Source: a virus (taxonomy: Duplodnaviria; Caudoviricetes). Taken from it: 61,664 bases of DNA. The stretch is from the IMG/VR virus record IMGVR_UViG_3300014862_000003, positions 1 through 61,664 of that record; one strand, 5' to 3'. Below, piece after piece: positions 1-9,068 of the stretch (the stretch's first letter is position 1; each line of letters begins with the position of its first letter). The notes under the pieces are model-generated. The model was not told where the DNA came from. It saw nothing but the letters and a program-made list of their open reading frames with translations, and did no database searches. The position numbers and the translations under genes are program-made.

Positions 1-128
1 CCTCTTCTTTCTTCGTGGTACCAAGGAGCCACGTTTTTGCAGGTCAGGGCGTTGTCAGTCCATAGTGGACTCAAGTGCCTCGTCCGCGCAGGCCCATGGC
101 CCTCCGAGTCATGTGACGGAGGGTGACG

Positions 129-638
129 ATGCCTCGAACTAAGGCCCCGGCCGGCACGACTGCCGACCGCCGGAACGGTCGGCGCGCGGACCTCGTCCCG
201 GTGGCCGGGGCGCGGTTCGATCCGCCCGAAGGGCTCTCCGACGAGGCGCTGTCGGCGTGGAACTCGTACTGGGATGACACCGTCGCGTCGGTCATGACAC
301 CGGTGGACCGCGCGGTGCTGACCCGGTGGATCCGGGAGATGGATCGGTACCTGCGCCTGTCCGCTGAGGCGGATATGAACCCGTCGGTACGCGGTTCGCA
401 GGGTCAGCCGGTGGAGAACCCGCTCTACGGAACCGCGTACAAGGCTCTCGCCGCCGTGCAGGCGTGCGAGAAGCAGATGGGCATGGGTGCACTGAATCGC
501 TCGGCGCTGGGGATCGCGGTCATCACTGAGCGCAAGTCGCTGGCGGACATGAACGCCCGATACGGAGGTGGCGGTGCCAACCCAGACCGCCCGGCGATCG
601 TCGCGGAAGTCATCGACCCCCGCTCCGTCGAAGCCTGA
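129..638 (+). CDS. terS: Terminase small subunit (P27-like)
   Basis: Motifs GSQGQPVENP and 'QMGMGALNRSALG'; directly upstream of terL; ATG at 129 (GTG 123 possible). Confidence 0.88.
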   Translation: MPRTKAPAGTTADRRNGRRADLVPVAGARFDPPEGLSDEALSAWNSYWDDTVASVMTPVDRAVLTRWIREMDRYLRLSAEADMNPSVRGSQGQPVENPLYGTAYKALAAVQACEKQMGMGALNRSALGIAVITERKSLADMNARYGGGGANPDRPAIVAEVIDPRSVEA

Positions 639-2184
639 TCCGGGCTGCCAGAACTGCGGGTGGAAGCCGAAGGCCGGCGAACTGTGGCCATCCGAGGGGG
701 CGGTCGCCGTCCAGTGGATCGAGGACAACTGCGTCTGCGGTGAGGGCGACTGGTACGGCAGGCTGATCCAGCTCCGGCCGGACCAGAAGCGGTTCCTGTG
801 GCGCTGGTACGAGTACTGCCCGAAGTGCAACCAGTGGCACTACGACGAGTTCCTCCGCGGCGCTGCTACGGGCGACGGAAAGACCCAGTTCATCGCTTCG
901 ATCGTCGTCCTGGAGTTCGCAGGCCCGCCGCAGATTGCCGTGCCGAGCCCGAACATCCCGATCGCCGCCGCGTCGTTCGAGCAGGCGGACTTGCTGTTCT
1001 CGGCGGCTGCGACCATGTGCGGCGGCCGTGACCAGGCCGTGAAGGAGTCGCCGCTGTGCGGTTTCTTCGAGGTGTACGACACGCAGATCAAGTTTGGCGA
1101 TGGCCGGCCAGGCAAGATCTTCCGGGTCGCCGCTGTGGCAGGGACGAACGAGGGCGGCCTGCCTACCTTCTTCGTTGGCGACGAGCTCCATGAGTGGGGC
1201 GCCCCGGGTGACCGGAAGGCCCGCGTCCATACGGTCATCGGCAAGTCGACCCGCAAGCGCCGTACAGTGCGCGGGTCCGGTCGGATCGGGAACCTGTCGA
1301 CCGCCGGTTTCGACATCGACGACTCGTTACTGGGCGAGATGTGCAAACTCGGCGAACGGGTGCTGCACGACCCGTCGGCCTCCCCGCGGTTCCTGTACGA
1401 CTGGCGCCAAGCGGTTGAAGGACTCAACTACGAGGACGCGGCGGACCGCGAGAAGGCCGTCCGGGCGGCATCCGGCGCGGCGGATGTGCTCTGGTCGGTG
1501 AAGGACCGCGTGAATGCGTGGGGCAAGCCGAACATGCCCCGGCACGAGTGGATGCGGTATTACGCCAACCGCTGGGTCGACGTTGCCGAGGAGTCCTGGC
1601 TCAAGGACCACCCGGCAGCTTGGGGCGCGTGCAAGGGCACCTGGGCCTCGGATTCGGCGAACCCATTCGTGGTCAGCGTCGACATGGCCCTGCGGCGGGA
1701 CTCTGTGGCCGTCTCTCGCATTGAGCGACTGCCAGACGACCGGTTCGCGTTCACGTCGAAGGTGTGGCGGCCCGACGCCGGACCGGTCGACCACCTGGAC
1801 GTCTTCAACTACATCCGCGACCAGGCGCACGGTGAAGGGTTCCGGGGCGTCGTCTATGACCCGCGCTTCTTCGAACTGCCGGGCCGGATGCTCGAGGACG
1901 AGGGGATCCTGGCGATCCAGTTCGACCAGACGCCCCAGCGCATGGCGCCGGCGTGTGGGTTGGCGTTTGACCTGATCCTCGACTGCCGGATCGTGCACGA
2001 CGGCGACCCGGTCGTCGCGAGTCATGTGAAGTCAGCCGTGAAGCGTGAGCAGGACCGCGGGTTCACGCTGTCGAAGGGCAAGAGTAAGCGACACATCGAC
2101 GCCGCCATCACCCTGTGCATGGGTGTATGGGTGCTGCACGAAGTGCCGGAAGAGTCTTTCGTTCCGCTGGTGGCATGGCGTTGA
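568..2184 (+). CDS. terL: Terminase large subunit
   Basis: Walker A GAATGDGKT, Walker B FFVGDELHEW, coupling motif LSTAG, nuclease VSVDMA...D and HIDAAI; start uncertain. Confidence 0.95.
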   Translation: MAVPTQTARRSSRKSSTPAPSKPDPGCQNCGWKPKAGELWPSEGAVAVQWIEDNCVCGEGDWYGRLIQLRPDQKRFLWRWYEYCPKCNQWHYDEFLRGAATGDGKTQFIASIVVLEFAGPPQIAVPSPNIPIAAASFEQADLLFSAAATMCGGRDQAVKESPLCGFFEVYDTQIKFGDGRPGKIFRVAAVAGTNEGGLPTFFVGDELHEWGAPGDRKARVHTVIGKSTRKRRTVRGSGRIGNLSTAGFDIDDSLLGEMCKLGERVLHDPSASPRFLYDWRQAVEGLNYEDAADREKAVRAASGAADVLWSVKDRVNAWGKPNMPRHEWMRYYANRWVDVAEESWLKDHPAAWGACKGTWASDSANPFVVSVDMALRRDSVAVSRIERLPDDRFAFTSKVWRPDAGPVDHLDVFNYIRDQAHGEGFRGVVYDPRFFELPGRMLEDEGILAIQFDQTPQRMAPACGLAFDLILDCRIVHDGDPVVASHVKSAVKREQDRGFTLSKGKSKRHIDAAITLCMGVWVLHEVPEESFVPLVAWR

Positions 2185-2317
2185 CGGCTCCGCTCGGACT
2201 TCGAGGTCCGTCGACCTCACGCTGCTCTTGCGCCGTACACGATTCCCCACCCGTCAGTGGATCCACCGGTGAGCGGTCCGAGCGAAGCCAGCGCGAACGT
2301 AACACGAGGGGAGCACT

Positions 2318-5300
2318 GTGACCCTCGAACTCGTCCCGTGGCGCGGCTCCCGGGTGCCGTTGCTGTCTCAGGACGAGATCTCCCGGTACGACGTGGCCGG
2401 TCTCATCAACCTGATCAACGCCAACCAGGGCGGCTATGGCGGCTACATGGGCCCGCCGATGCCGACAACCACCTATGGTCAGCGGCCGGTGGAGCCGATC
2501 TCGAACTCGTTCGAGGGCTTCGTGTACGGGATGCTCTACGTCGACGGCCCGGTGGCCGCCGTCGAGGCGTACCGGCTGCGCGTGTTCGGCCAGGCGCCGC
2601 TGCTGTACCAGGAGATCGTCGACGGCCGGGCCGGGGACCTGTTCGACGATCCGGCGCTGGACCGGCTGCGGGCGCCATGGGCCGGCGCGACGCTGTCGGA
2701 CCTGATGAAGCGGGCGTTGATCTACGGCGACTTCGCCGGCAACGCCTTCGTCGCCGACCTCGAGGACGAGCTGGTTCTTCTCCGGCCCGACTGGGTCGAG
2801 ATCGTCCTCGAGAAGCGCATGTTCCGCGGCCAGCAGGTGGGTTGGCGGCAGTTGGGCATCGTCTACTACGAAGGCGGCGTCGGTCGGGGCGCCGACGGTG
2901 TTCCGTTCCTGCCGGGTGAGTATGCGCACTTCATCCCCGGCCTGCCGGATCCGTTGGCCACGTACCGGGGCATGTCGTGGCTCACTCCGCTGGTGCGCGA
3001 GGTTCAGGCCGACAAGTCCGCCATGGACCACAAGGTGGCCTATTTCGAGAACTCCGCTTCGGTTAACTTGGCCGTTTCGCTGCCGAAAGAGGTCTCGCCG
3101 ACCCAGTTCAACGAGTTCGTCGAGCTCATGGACTCCAAGCACAAGGGTCCCTCGAACGCCGGCAAGACGCTGTATACCGGCGGCGGCGCGGATGTCACGG
3201 TCATCGGCTCCAACATGCAGCAGGCCGATTTCGCGTCGATTATCGGCAAGGGCGAGACCAGGGTGGCCAATGCTGGCGGGGTTTCGCCGGTCCTGTTGAG
3301 CTTCTCCGAGGGCATGCAGGGGTCCTCGTTGAATGCCGGGAACTACACGCCGGCCAAGCGGAACTTCGTCGACACGACCATGCGGGACCTGTGGGCGAAC
3401 TTCGCCGGTTCCGTGGGCCAGATGGACGCGTTCAGGGCCCCGAAGGAGCACTCGCGGCTGTGGTATGACGGCCGGGACATTCCGTTCCTGCACGAGGACG
3501 CGAAGGATCTGGCCGAAATCCAGCAGACCCGCGCGTCGACGCTCAGTTCGTACGTGACGAACGGCTGGAAGCCCGAATCGGCCATCAAGGCGGTCGCGCA
3601 GGACGACATCACCCTCCTGGAGCACTCCGGTGCGTTCTCGGTGCAGCTCCAACCGCCGGGCGCCGAGGCTCAGATGGCGCCGGACACTAACGGGAACGGC
3701 CTCGCGGACGATCTTTTGCCTCCCGATGGGGCTCCGGAGCCCGATTTTGGGGCTTTGCGGGCTGATTTCTGGGAGTTCGACGAGGAAGACGTCCTCCGGG
3801 CGGTTGAGGACCTGTTCGACGTCGACGAGGACGACCTCGAACGGGCCCGGTATGACGTCCGGGTCACCGCCGGGCATGAGGGCGGCGGCCGGTACCGGAA
3901 ACTGTCTGACCTCGCGGCCGCTCTGCTGCAGGACTGGGCGAAGGGCGACGGCGGGGACGACCCGCTTGAAGGGCACTTCGACCGGAAACAACTGCTCACG
4001 ATCCTCAAGGACCTGCGCGCGAAGGCGACCGCCGACGGCGATCATGCCCGCGTTGGCCGGCTGACGCCTCGCCGCGGTGCGACGGACAAGCAACTCAGGG
4101 AAGCCATCCACAACGACGTTCGCGTTGCGGTGCGGCAGGACCGCGACACCCGGGAGAAGCCCAGCGCCAAGTTCACCCTGCAGGGCAAAGCCCACCGTGA
4201 CCTAGACGTGGCCGTCTACACGAACAGCAGCGGCAAGCCGTTCCTGTACCGGGAGAACGACTCCGGTCACCAGGGCTCGCTGGTGGCGAAGTTCGACTCG
4301 TTGGCCGAGCTCGAGGCGTGGGCGGACGACCAGGGCGAGCCGAGGCTGGCGGACTGGGCGCGCAAGGAGTCCGGCGCAAAGGCCCCGGCTGCGAAGGCAC
4401 CGGCGCAGGCCACGAAGGCGCCCAGGAAGGCGACCGCACTGGACCCGGACGCCCTCGACGCACGGCTGCGTGACGCGAAGCCGGAGGACCGTCGGGCGAT
4501 CCTGGAAGAAGCGGCCACCAACCAGACCCAGGCCCGCCGGTTGGCGTCGCAACTGGGCGTCAAGGGTGTGTCGAAGCTGTCCCGGGATGAGGCACTGGAC
4601 CGGGTCGAAGCCCACTACGCGGCACCAGCGAAGAAGGCCGCGCCGACGGCCGCCGAGCGGGCCAAGGCTGCCAAGATCGCCAGCGCGTTCCACGAGGACT
4701 GGCGCAAGACGCGCCTTCAGTCGGATGGGACGTTCGAGCCGCGCGTCAAGAAGACCACCGACCAGGCGTGGATCGACGCCCACGGCACCGACGACGTGGA
4801 CATCGCCAATTCCTCCTACGACGAGCTGCCTGACGACTGGAAGGCCGAGAACAAGGCGGCCGCCGAGGTGGTCGCGGGCACTCCCGCGCAGATCATCGCA
4901 GCACTCCAGTTCGTTGCGAGCCGTGACGAGGCACGGCGGATCCTGGGCAACGCTTCACAGGCGCAACTCGATGCGCTCGCCCGTGAGGACGGCCAGAGGC
5001 TGTGGCATCCATCGGTGGCGCGAACACTGGCGGACCGACGCAACGAGGCGATCAACACCCTCATCGGTCGCAAGCTGGACTCCGAGGCCACGCGCTACGC
5101 GGGACTCACCCCTGCACAGATTCTGGAAACGACCGGACAGCGCCGCGAGTTGGTCGCAATGCTCGACGACCCAGGCAAACTGCGGCGGCTCGGGCTGACC
5201 CGCGAACGGGTACTGGCCCGGATCGCGGAGGGTGACGCACGTCCGCCCCGTGAGGGCGGCATGTTGCCGGCCGTTCCGTTGGCTGACCTCCTCAGCCCGC

Positions 5301-8068
5301 CGCGCAAGGCAGCCCCGAAGGTCACCCCGAAGGTCTCCGGCGGTCCAACACCAGCCAAGCTCGACTTCTCCGTGGCCGCCGACACCATGGACGGTGTCCT
5401 CGCTGACACGTATGCGTCGACCAGGGCTCCCACACCAGCCAAGACCGTCCCGACCTACGAACTTGCGCCCGGCTACAAGGGCGCGATCGGTCGCAAGCGA
5501 CAGGCCCAGGCCGACGAGGCCCTGGACGCTGTCGCGCAGGGCGACCGGGCGTCCTTCTTCGGCGACACCCTCGAGGCGGTCGAGCGGCTGGAGAGCATGG
5601 GCTACGTCCGGCACGACGGCAAGCGTTGGCAGGTCACCGAGACTGGCCGCGATTACCTCGACAGGAAGTCGGCCGCCTTCCCGAAGGTCTCCGACGGTCC
5701 CAGCGGGAAGGACGTCGCCCCCGACGGTCTCGACGCTATGGAAGGTCCCCGCCTTCGCGCGGCCCAAGTCGATGACCGGATCCGTACGGCCTATGCCGAA
5801 GCGCTGCGGGAGAGAGGCGCCGAGTCGGGCCGTGCTGTGGACCTGGACCACCTGCGTCGACTCGTGGGCGGCGACGTGTCACGTACCGAGCTCGACGACC
5901 GGCTGCGGATCATGAACCGGCAGCGGGACATTCGCCTGGCGGCGGAGGCAAACCCGAAGGCGCTCACCGACGAAAGTCGCGCGGCTGCTATCCGGATCGG
6001 GGCGCAGGACAAACACGCCATCATCATCGAGCCTCCGGTCCCGTCCGTCCCCGACCTCACCGGCTCTCGCGGCCTGTCCGCCGACCCTGCTGTGCGTGAG
6101 GTACAGGTAAAGAACCGGATTAGGGCGGCCTACCGGGAGGTGGCGTCACGGCCGTTCACGCCCGACTCGAACATGGACCTGCGGCCGGAATGGGTGCGGA
6201 TGGCAGATCTGCGCGAGCATCCCGCGATCGCCGAGTTGCCACGTGCCGACCAGGACCGGTTGCTGCTGCGTCTCGTGATCGAGGACGGAAACGCCATCCC
6301 GGAGAGCGCGCAGTGGCTGCTGCGGCCCGAGGACCGCGCGGCGGCGCTGCCGATGGGCGGCCAGCGGAAGCACTGGCTGAAGCTCGACGACCCCTCTCCC
6401 CGTCCCCTCCCGTCCGTCCCCTCTCCCGAAGCCGCGGCCCGTACCCGACAGGTCGACATCGACTCTGCTCGCCGAGTAGCTGACGTCCTTGCCGAGGTTC
6501 AGGAGCTTCGCAGCAACGAGGCCGGCCCCGAGGTGATGCGCCGCACCATCGGCACCCGAGCCCAACGCGACCCGGGCCCCGACCTGCAGCCCATCATCGA
6601 CGCCGTCGACACCGCCGACCCGGCCCGTATCGACGCCGCCATCTCCGAGACGGCTCAACGTCACGGCCTCACCCCGACCGCGCGCGTCGGAGACACCTCC
6701 TTCTTCGACCCGAAGCGTCACCAGATGGTGTCCGGCCCGCGACCGGCTGAAGGGTCCGGCGTTCAGGTCCGGGTGTTGCGTCCGGGGTACAGCTACCGAC
6801 GTGACGGGGAAGACATCGCACTGTCGAAGGCTGTCGTGGAAGTCGACGGACTAGCACCCGCCAAAGTCGCACCAGCGAAAGCAGCGAAGAAGGCGGTACC
6901 GGCCAAGAAGTTGACTGCGGGCCAACTTGCTGGCATGACGCCCGAGGACGTGGCCCAGGCGGCTCGCGATGGGCGGATCAGTCGGCGGCAGGCGGCGGTG
7001 AAGATCCGGCAGAGCGCCCAGTCCGCCGCTGACTTCGCCGCCATTACCGGTTTCGGCCACGACGAATCAACCTTGACGGGCCCTACGGCGGACCGCAAAC
7101 GGCGCCAGGCCGCCCGGGTCGTCGAACTCAATGCGCTCGCCGACGAGATCGAGGCACTCCCCTCCCCCTCTCCTGCTGTTGCTAAGGCAGCAAGAGCCAA
7201 AGCAGCAGCGAAACCAGCCAAGGTTGCGAAGGCTCCCGCCGGACGCGCGCCCGCGAAGCCGGTCCCGATCCACAACCTGTTCACGGCCGACGACGCCACC
7301 ATCGAGGCCGCGCTACGCGACGTGTACGAGGGCAAGTTCGGCCCGTACACGACGCGCGTGAAGGTCTTCATCACTCGGGCCGGCACGCGAACCGATAAGA
7401 GGGGCCGTGTGCACGCGGTCGATCCGTCCATCGGGATCGACGGCGAGATCCTCGATGCAAACGGGAACAAGATCGGCGACTTCGGCCGCTCGATCTCGCC
7501 CGCCGACCTGCACTACGTGGACGGGACTGTGCATCGGGAGATTTGGGCCAACCACCCGATCGTCCAGTTCTACGACAAGACGGACCAAGGTAAGGGATTC
7601 GGCCGCGAGTTTAGCCAGCGGACGATTGAGTGGTACCGGGCGTCAGGCGTGCACGGCGTCAGCCTTCACGACCACAACGGCTACGTATGGGCGGCGCAGG
7701 GCTTCGGCTTCGGCTACGGCGGTGCCGTACCCAGCTACCTCGTCGAGAACATGCGGCAACTCATCGCCGATCTACGAGCCGGCAAGACGACGAGCACCGC
7801 CACCAAGGACGAGTACCGGACCATCCCGAAGCGGTTCCGCGACGCGCCGGACCTCGATGCGCAGACAGTTGCCGCTGAGGCGCTGTTGGCGCGACTCAGC
7901 TCGACCAAACCCGGCGAGCCCGGGTACCCAACCGCCTACGAAATCTCGCAACTCGGCCGTCGGCCTAGCCAGCGGGGCAAGACTGCGCTGTGGCTGGGAA
8001 AGTTGCTGTTTGTCTCCACCGACGAACTGATCCTCAACCCAGACGAGGGCGAGGTGATCAGCCAGTGA
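2318..8068 (+). CDS. Portal protein fused to a ~1450-aa multidomain C-terminal extension
   Basis: First ~450 aa are HK97-like portal (GDFAGNAF, LLRPDWV, YRGMSWL, YFENSA, AGKTLY). GTG with GAGGGGAG RBS. One open frame continues with RyR-like, winged-helix-like, GrpE-like and GNAT-like segments. Confidence 0.88.
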   Translation: MTLELVPWRGSRVPLLSQDEISRYDVAGLINLINANQGGYGGYMGPPMPTTTYGQRPVEPISNSFEGFVYGMLYVDGPVAAVEAYRLRVFGQAPLLYQEIVDGRAGDLFDDPALDRLRAPWAGATLSDLMKRALIYGDFAGNAFVADLEDELVLLRPDWVEIVLEKRMFRGQQVGWRQLGIVYYEGGVGRGADGVPFLPGEYAHFIPGLPDPLATYRGMSWLTPLVREVQADKSAMDHKVAYFENSASVNLAVSLPKEVSPTQFNEFVELMDSKHKGPSNAGKTLYTGGGADVTVIGSNMQQADFASIIGKGETRVANAGGVSPVLLSFSEGMQGSSLNAGNYTPAKRNFVDTTMRDLWANFAGSVGQMDAFRAPKEHSRLWYDGRDIPFLHEDAKDLAEIQQTRASTLSSYVTNGWKPESAIKAVAQDDITLLEHSGAFSVQLQPPGAEAQMAPDTNGNGLADDLLPPDGAPEPDFGALRADFWEFDEEDVLRAVEDLFDVDEDDLERARYDVRVTAGHEGGGRYRKLSDLAAALLQDWAKGDGGDDPLEGHFDRKQLLTILKDLRAKATADGDHARVGRLTPRRGATDKQLREAIHNDVRVAVRQDRDTREKPSAKFTLQGKAHRDLDVAVYTNSSGKPFLYRENDSGHQGSLVAKFDSLAELEAWADDQGEPRLADWARKESGAKAPAAKAPAQATKAPRKATALDPDALDARLRDAKPEDRRAILEEAATNQTQARRLASQLGVKGVSKLSRDEALDRVEAHYAAPAKKAAPTAAERAKAAKIASAFHEDWRKTRLQSDGTFEPRVKKTTDQAWIDAHGTDDVDIANSSYDELPDDWKAENKAAAEVVAGTPAQIIAALQFVASRDEARRILGNASQAQLDALAREDGQRLWHPSVARTLADRRNEAINTLIGRKLDSEATRYAGLTPAQILETTGQRRELVAMLDDPGKLRRLGLTRERVLARIAEGDARPPREGGMLPAVPLADLLSPPRKAAPKVTPKVSGGPTPAKLDFSVAADTMDGVLADTYASTRAPTPAKTVPTYELAPGYKGAIGRKRQAQADEALDAVAQGDRASFFGDTLEAVERLESMGYVRHDGKRWQVTETGRDYLDRKSAAFPKVSDGPSGKDVAPDGLDAMEGPRLRAAQVDDRIRTAYAEALRERGAESGRAVDLDHLRRLVGGDVSRTELDDRLRIMNRQRDIRLAAEANPKALTDESRAAAIRIGAQDKHAIIIEPPVPSVPDLTGSRGLSADPAVREVQVKNRIRAAYREVASRPFTPDSNMDLRPEWVRMADLREHPAIAELPRADQDRLLLRLVIEDGNAIPESAQWLLRPEDRAAALPMGGQRKHWLKLDDPSPRPLPSVPSPEAAARTRQVDIDSARRVADVLAEVQELRSNEAGPEVMRRTIGTRAQRDPGPDLQPIIDAVDTADPARIDAAISETAQRHGLTPTARVGDTSFFDPKRHQMVSGPRPAEGSGVQVRVLRPGYSYRRDGEDIALSKAVVEVDGLAPAKVAPAKAAKKAVPAKKLTAGQLAGMTPEDVAQAARDGRISRRQAAVKIRQSAQSAADFAAITGFGHDESTLTGPTADRKRRQAARVVELNALADEIEALPSPSPAVAKAARAKAAAKPAKVAKAPAGRAPAKPVPIHNLFTADDATIEAALRDVYEGKFGPYTTRVKVFITRAGTRTDKRGRVHAVDPSIGIDGEILDANGNKIGDFGRSISPADLHYVDGTVHREIWANHPIVQFYDKTDQGKGFGREFSQRTIEWYRASGVHGVSLHDHNGYVWAAQGFGFGYGGAVPSYLVENMRQLIADLRAGKTTSTATKDEYRTIPKRFRDAPDLDAQTVAAEALLARLSSTKPGEPGYPTAYEISQLGRRPSQRGKTALWLGKLLFVSTDELILNPDEGEVISQ

Positions 8069-8226
8069 TCACCAAGCGCGTCGCCCCCGATCCGGTCGTG
8101 GTGCGCCGCCAGAACGAGTTGTTCGACCTCTACAGCCAGTGGCCCGGCGACGATCCTGAGGACGATCCTGCATTTGTCGCCGCGGCGCGAGAGATCATGG
8201 GACTGCCACCACTGGAACCCCGATGA
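8065..8226 (+). CDS. Small acidic protein (53 aa), candidate immunity/antitoxin partner of the portal C-terminal domain
   Basis: GTGA overlap with portal stop, GAGGTG RBS; sequence ends DDPEDDPAFVAAAREIMGLPPLEPR; function inferred from position. Confidence 0.6.
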   Translation: MITKRVAPDPVVVRRQNELFDLYSQWPGDDPEDDPAFVAAAREIMGLPPLEPR

Positions 8227-9068
8227 CCGATCCCGATCAACTCTGGCTCTCCACCATCCATCAGGTAGTCACAGCCTCAGCCCCACGGCACGGCCTCAAC
8301 CCGGCCGACCTGCTCGACGTCGACGAAGACGACGACGGCGAACCAGTCGGTGCCGGCGAACCAGTCGGTGCCGGCGTCGACTTCATGGCCACCCTCGACC
8401 ACCTCGCCGACACCGATCCGGCCGATCCCACCTTCGCCGACGACGTGAAGGCGGCGGTGGACGCCTACGCCGCCGGCCTACCCCGGCCGATCGCGGCCAA
8501 GTCGCTGGAGTACTCCGACGAGAAGGTGCCGAACCCGATCGACTTCCTGTCCCGCTTCAGCGCCGGCCGTGAAGCTGGCCTGTCACCCGAGGACGCTCAG
8601 GCCTTCGCCGCGTCCGGGCTGAGCCTGGAGGACTGGCGGGCCCAACGCTCCGAGCCGTACGACGAGGACGACATCGAACGGGCGGAAGTCGACGACGGAG
8701 ACCTCGTCGAGCCAGACGACGACGAGGACGAGCCGGACCTCGACGACATCCTCGCCATGGCCGCTGAGGACGACGACGACGAAGACGACGCCTCCCGCGC
8801 CGCCGGCCGCGACACCACCCCCGGCAACGACGAACTCCACCACTGGTGGACGAAAGGCCCCGGGCTCGCCCGGTGGGCCGGCTCGCCGAAGCCGTGGACG
8901 ACCCTGCTCGCCAACCTCGTCGAAGTCGTCAAAGACAAGCCGCTCAAGACCCTCAAGAAGTGGACCTCGCGCTGGTACATCGAGGTCTTCGGGTACGCGG
9001 CTGGCAGCGACAAGGCTCGGGTGGCGCATGGCAAGCCACCGCGCGGTGACCGGGTGGGACCCGGCTGA
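8223..9068 (+). CDS. Head-associated protein: acidic N-terminus, basic Trp-rich C-terminal domain
   Basis: ATGA coupling; Asp/Glu-rich first two thirds, then ELHHWWTKGPGLARW...PWTTL domain. Confidence 0.75.
   Translation: MTDPDQLWLSTIHQVVTASAPRHGLNPADLLDVDEDDDGEPVGAGEPVGAGVDFMATLDHLADTDPADPTFADDVKAAVDAYAAGLPRPIAAKSLEYSDEKVPNPIDFLSRFSAGREAGLSPEDAQAFAASGLSLEDWRAQRSEPYDEDDIERAEVDDGDLVEPDDDEDEPDLDDILAMAAEDDDDEDDASRAAGRDTTPGNDELHHWWTKGPGLARWAGSPKPWTTLLANLVEVVKDKPLKTLKKWTSRWYIEVFGYAAGSDKARVAHGKPPRGDRVGPG
8336..8376 (+). repeat. 18-bp in-frame tandem duplication (GEPVGA x2)
   Basis: CGGCGAACCAGTCGGTGC twice in tandem plus a partial third copy. Confidence 0.9.

Noticed and set aside
2176-2321. Small ORF between terL and portal
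   Set aside because: Weak codon bias and no recognisable motif; cannot be supported
2108-4195. 695-aa minus-strand ORF and other long antisense ORFs (e.g. 30217-31758, 40954-42435)
   Set aside because: Shadows of GC3-rich sense genes; no motifs or RBS
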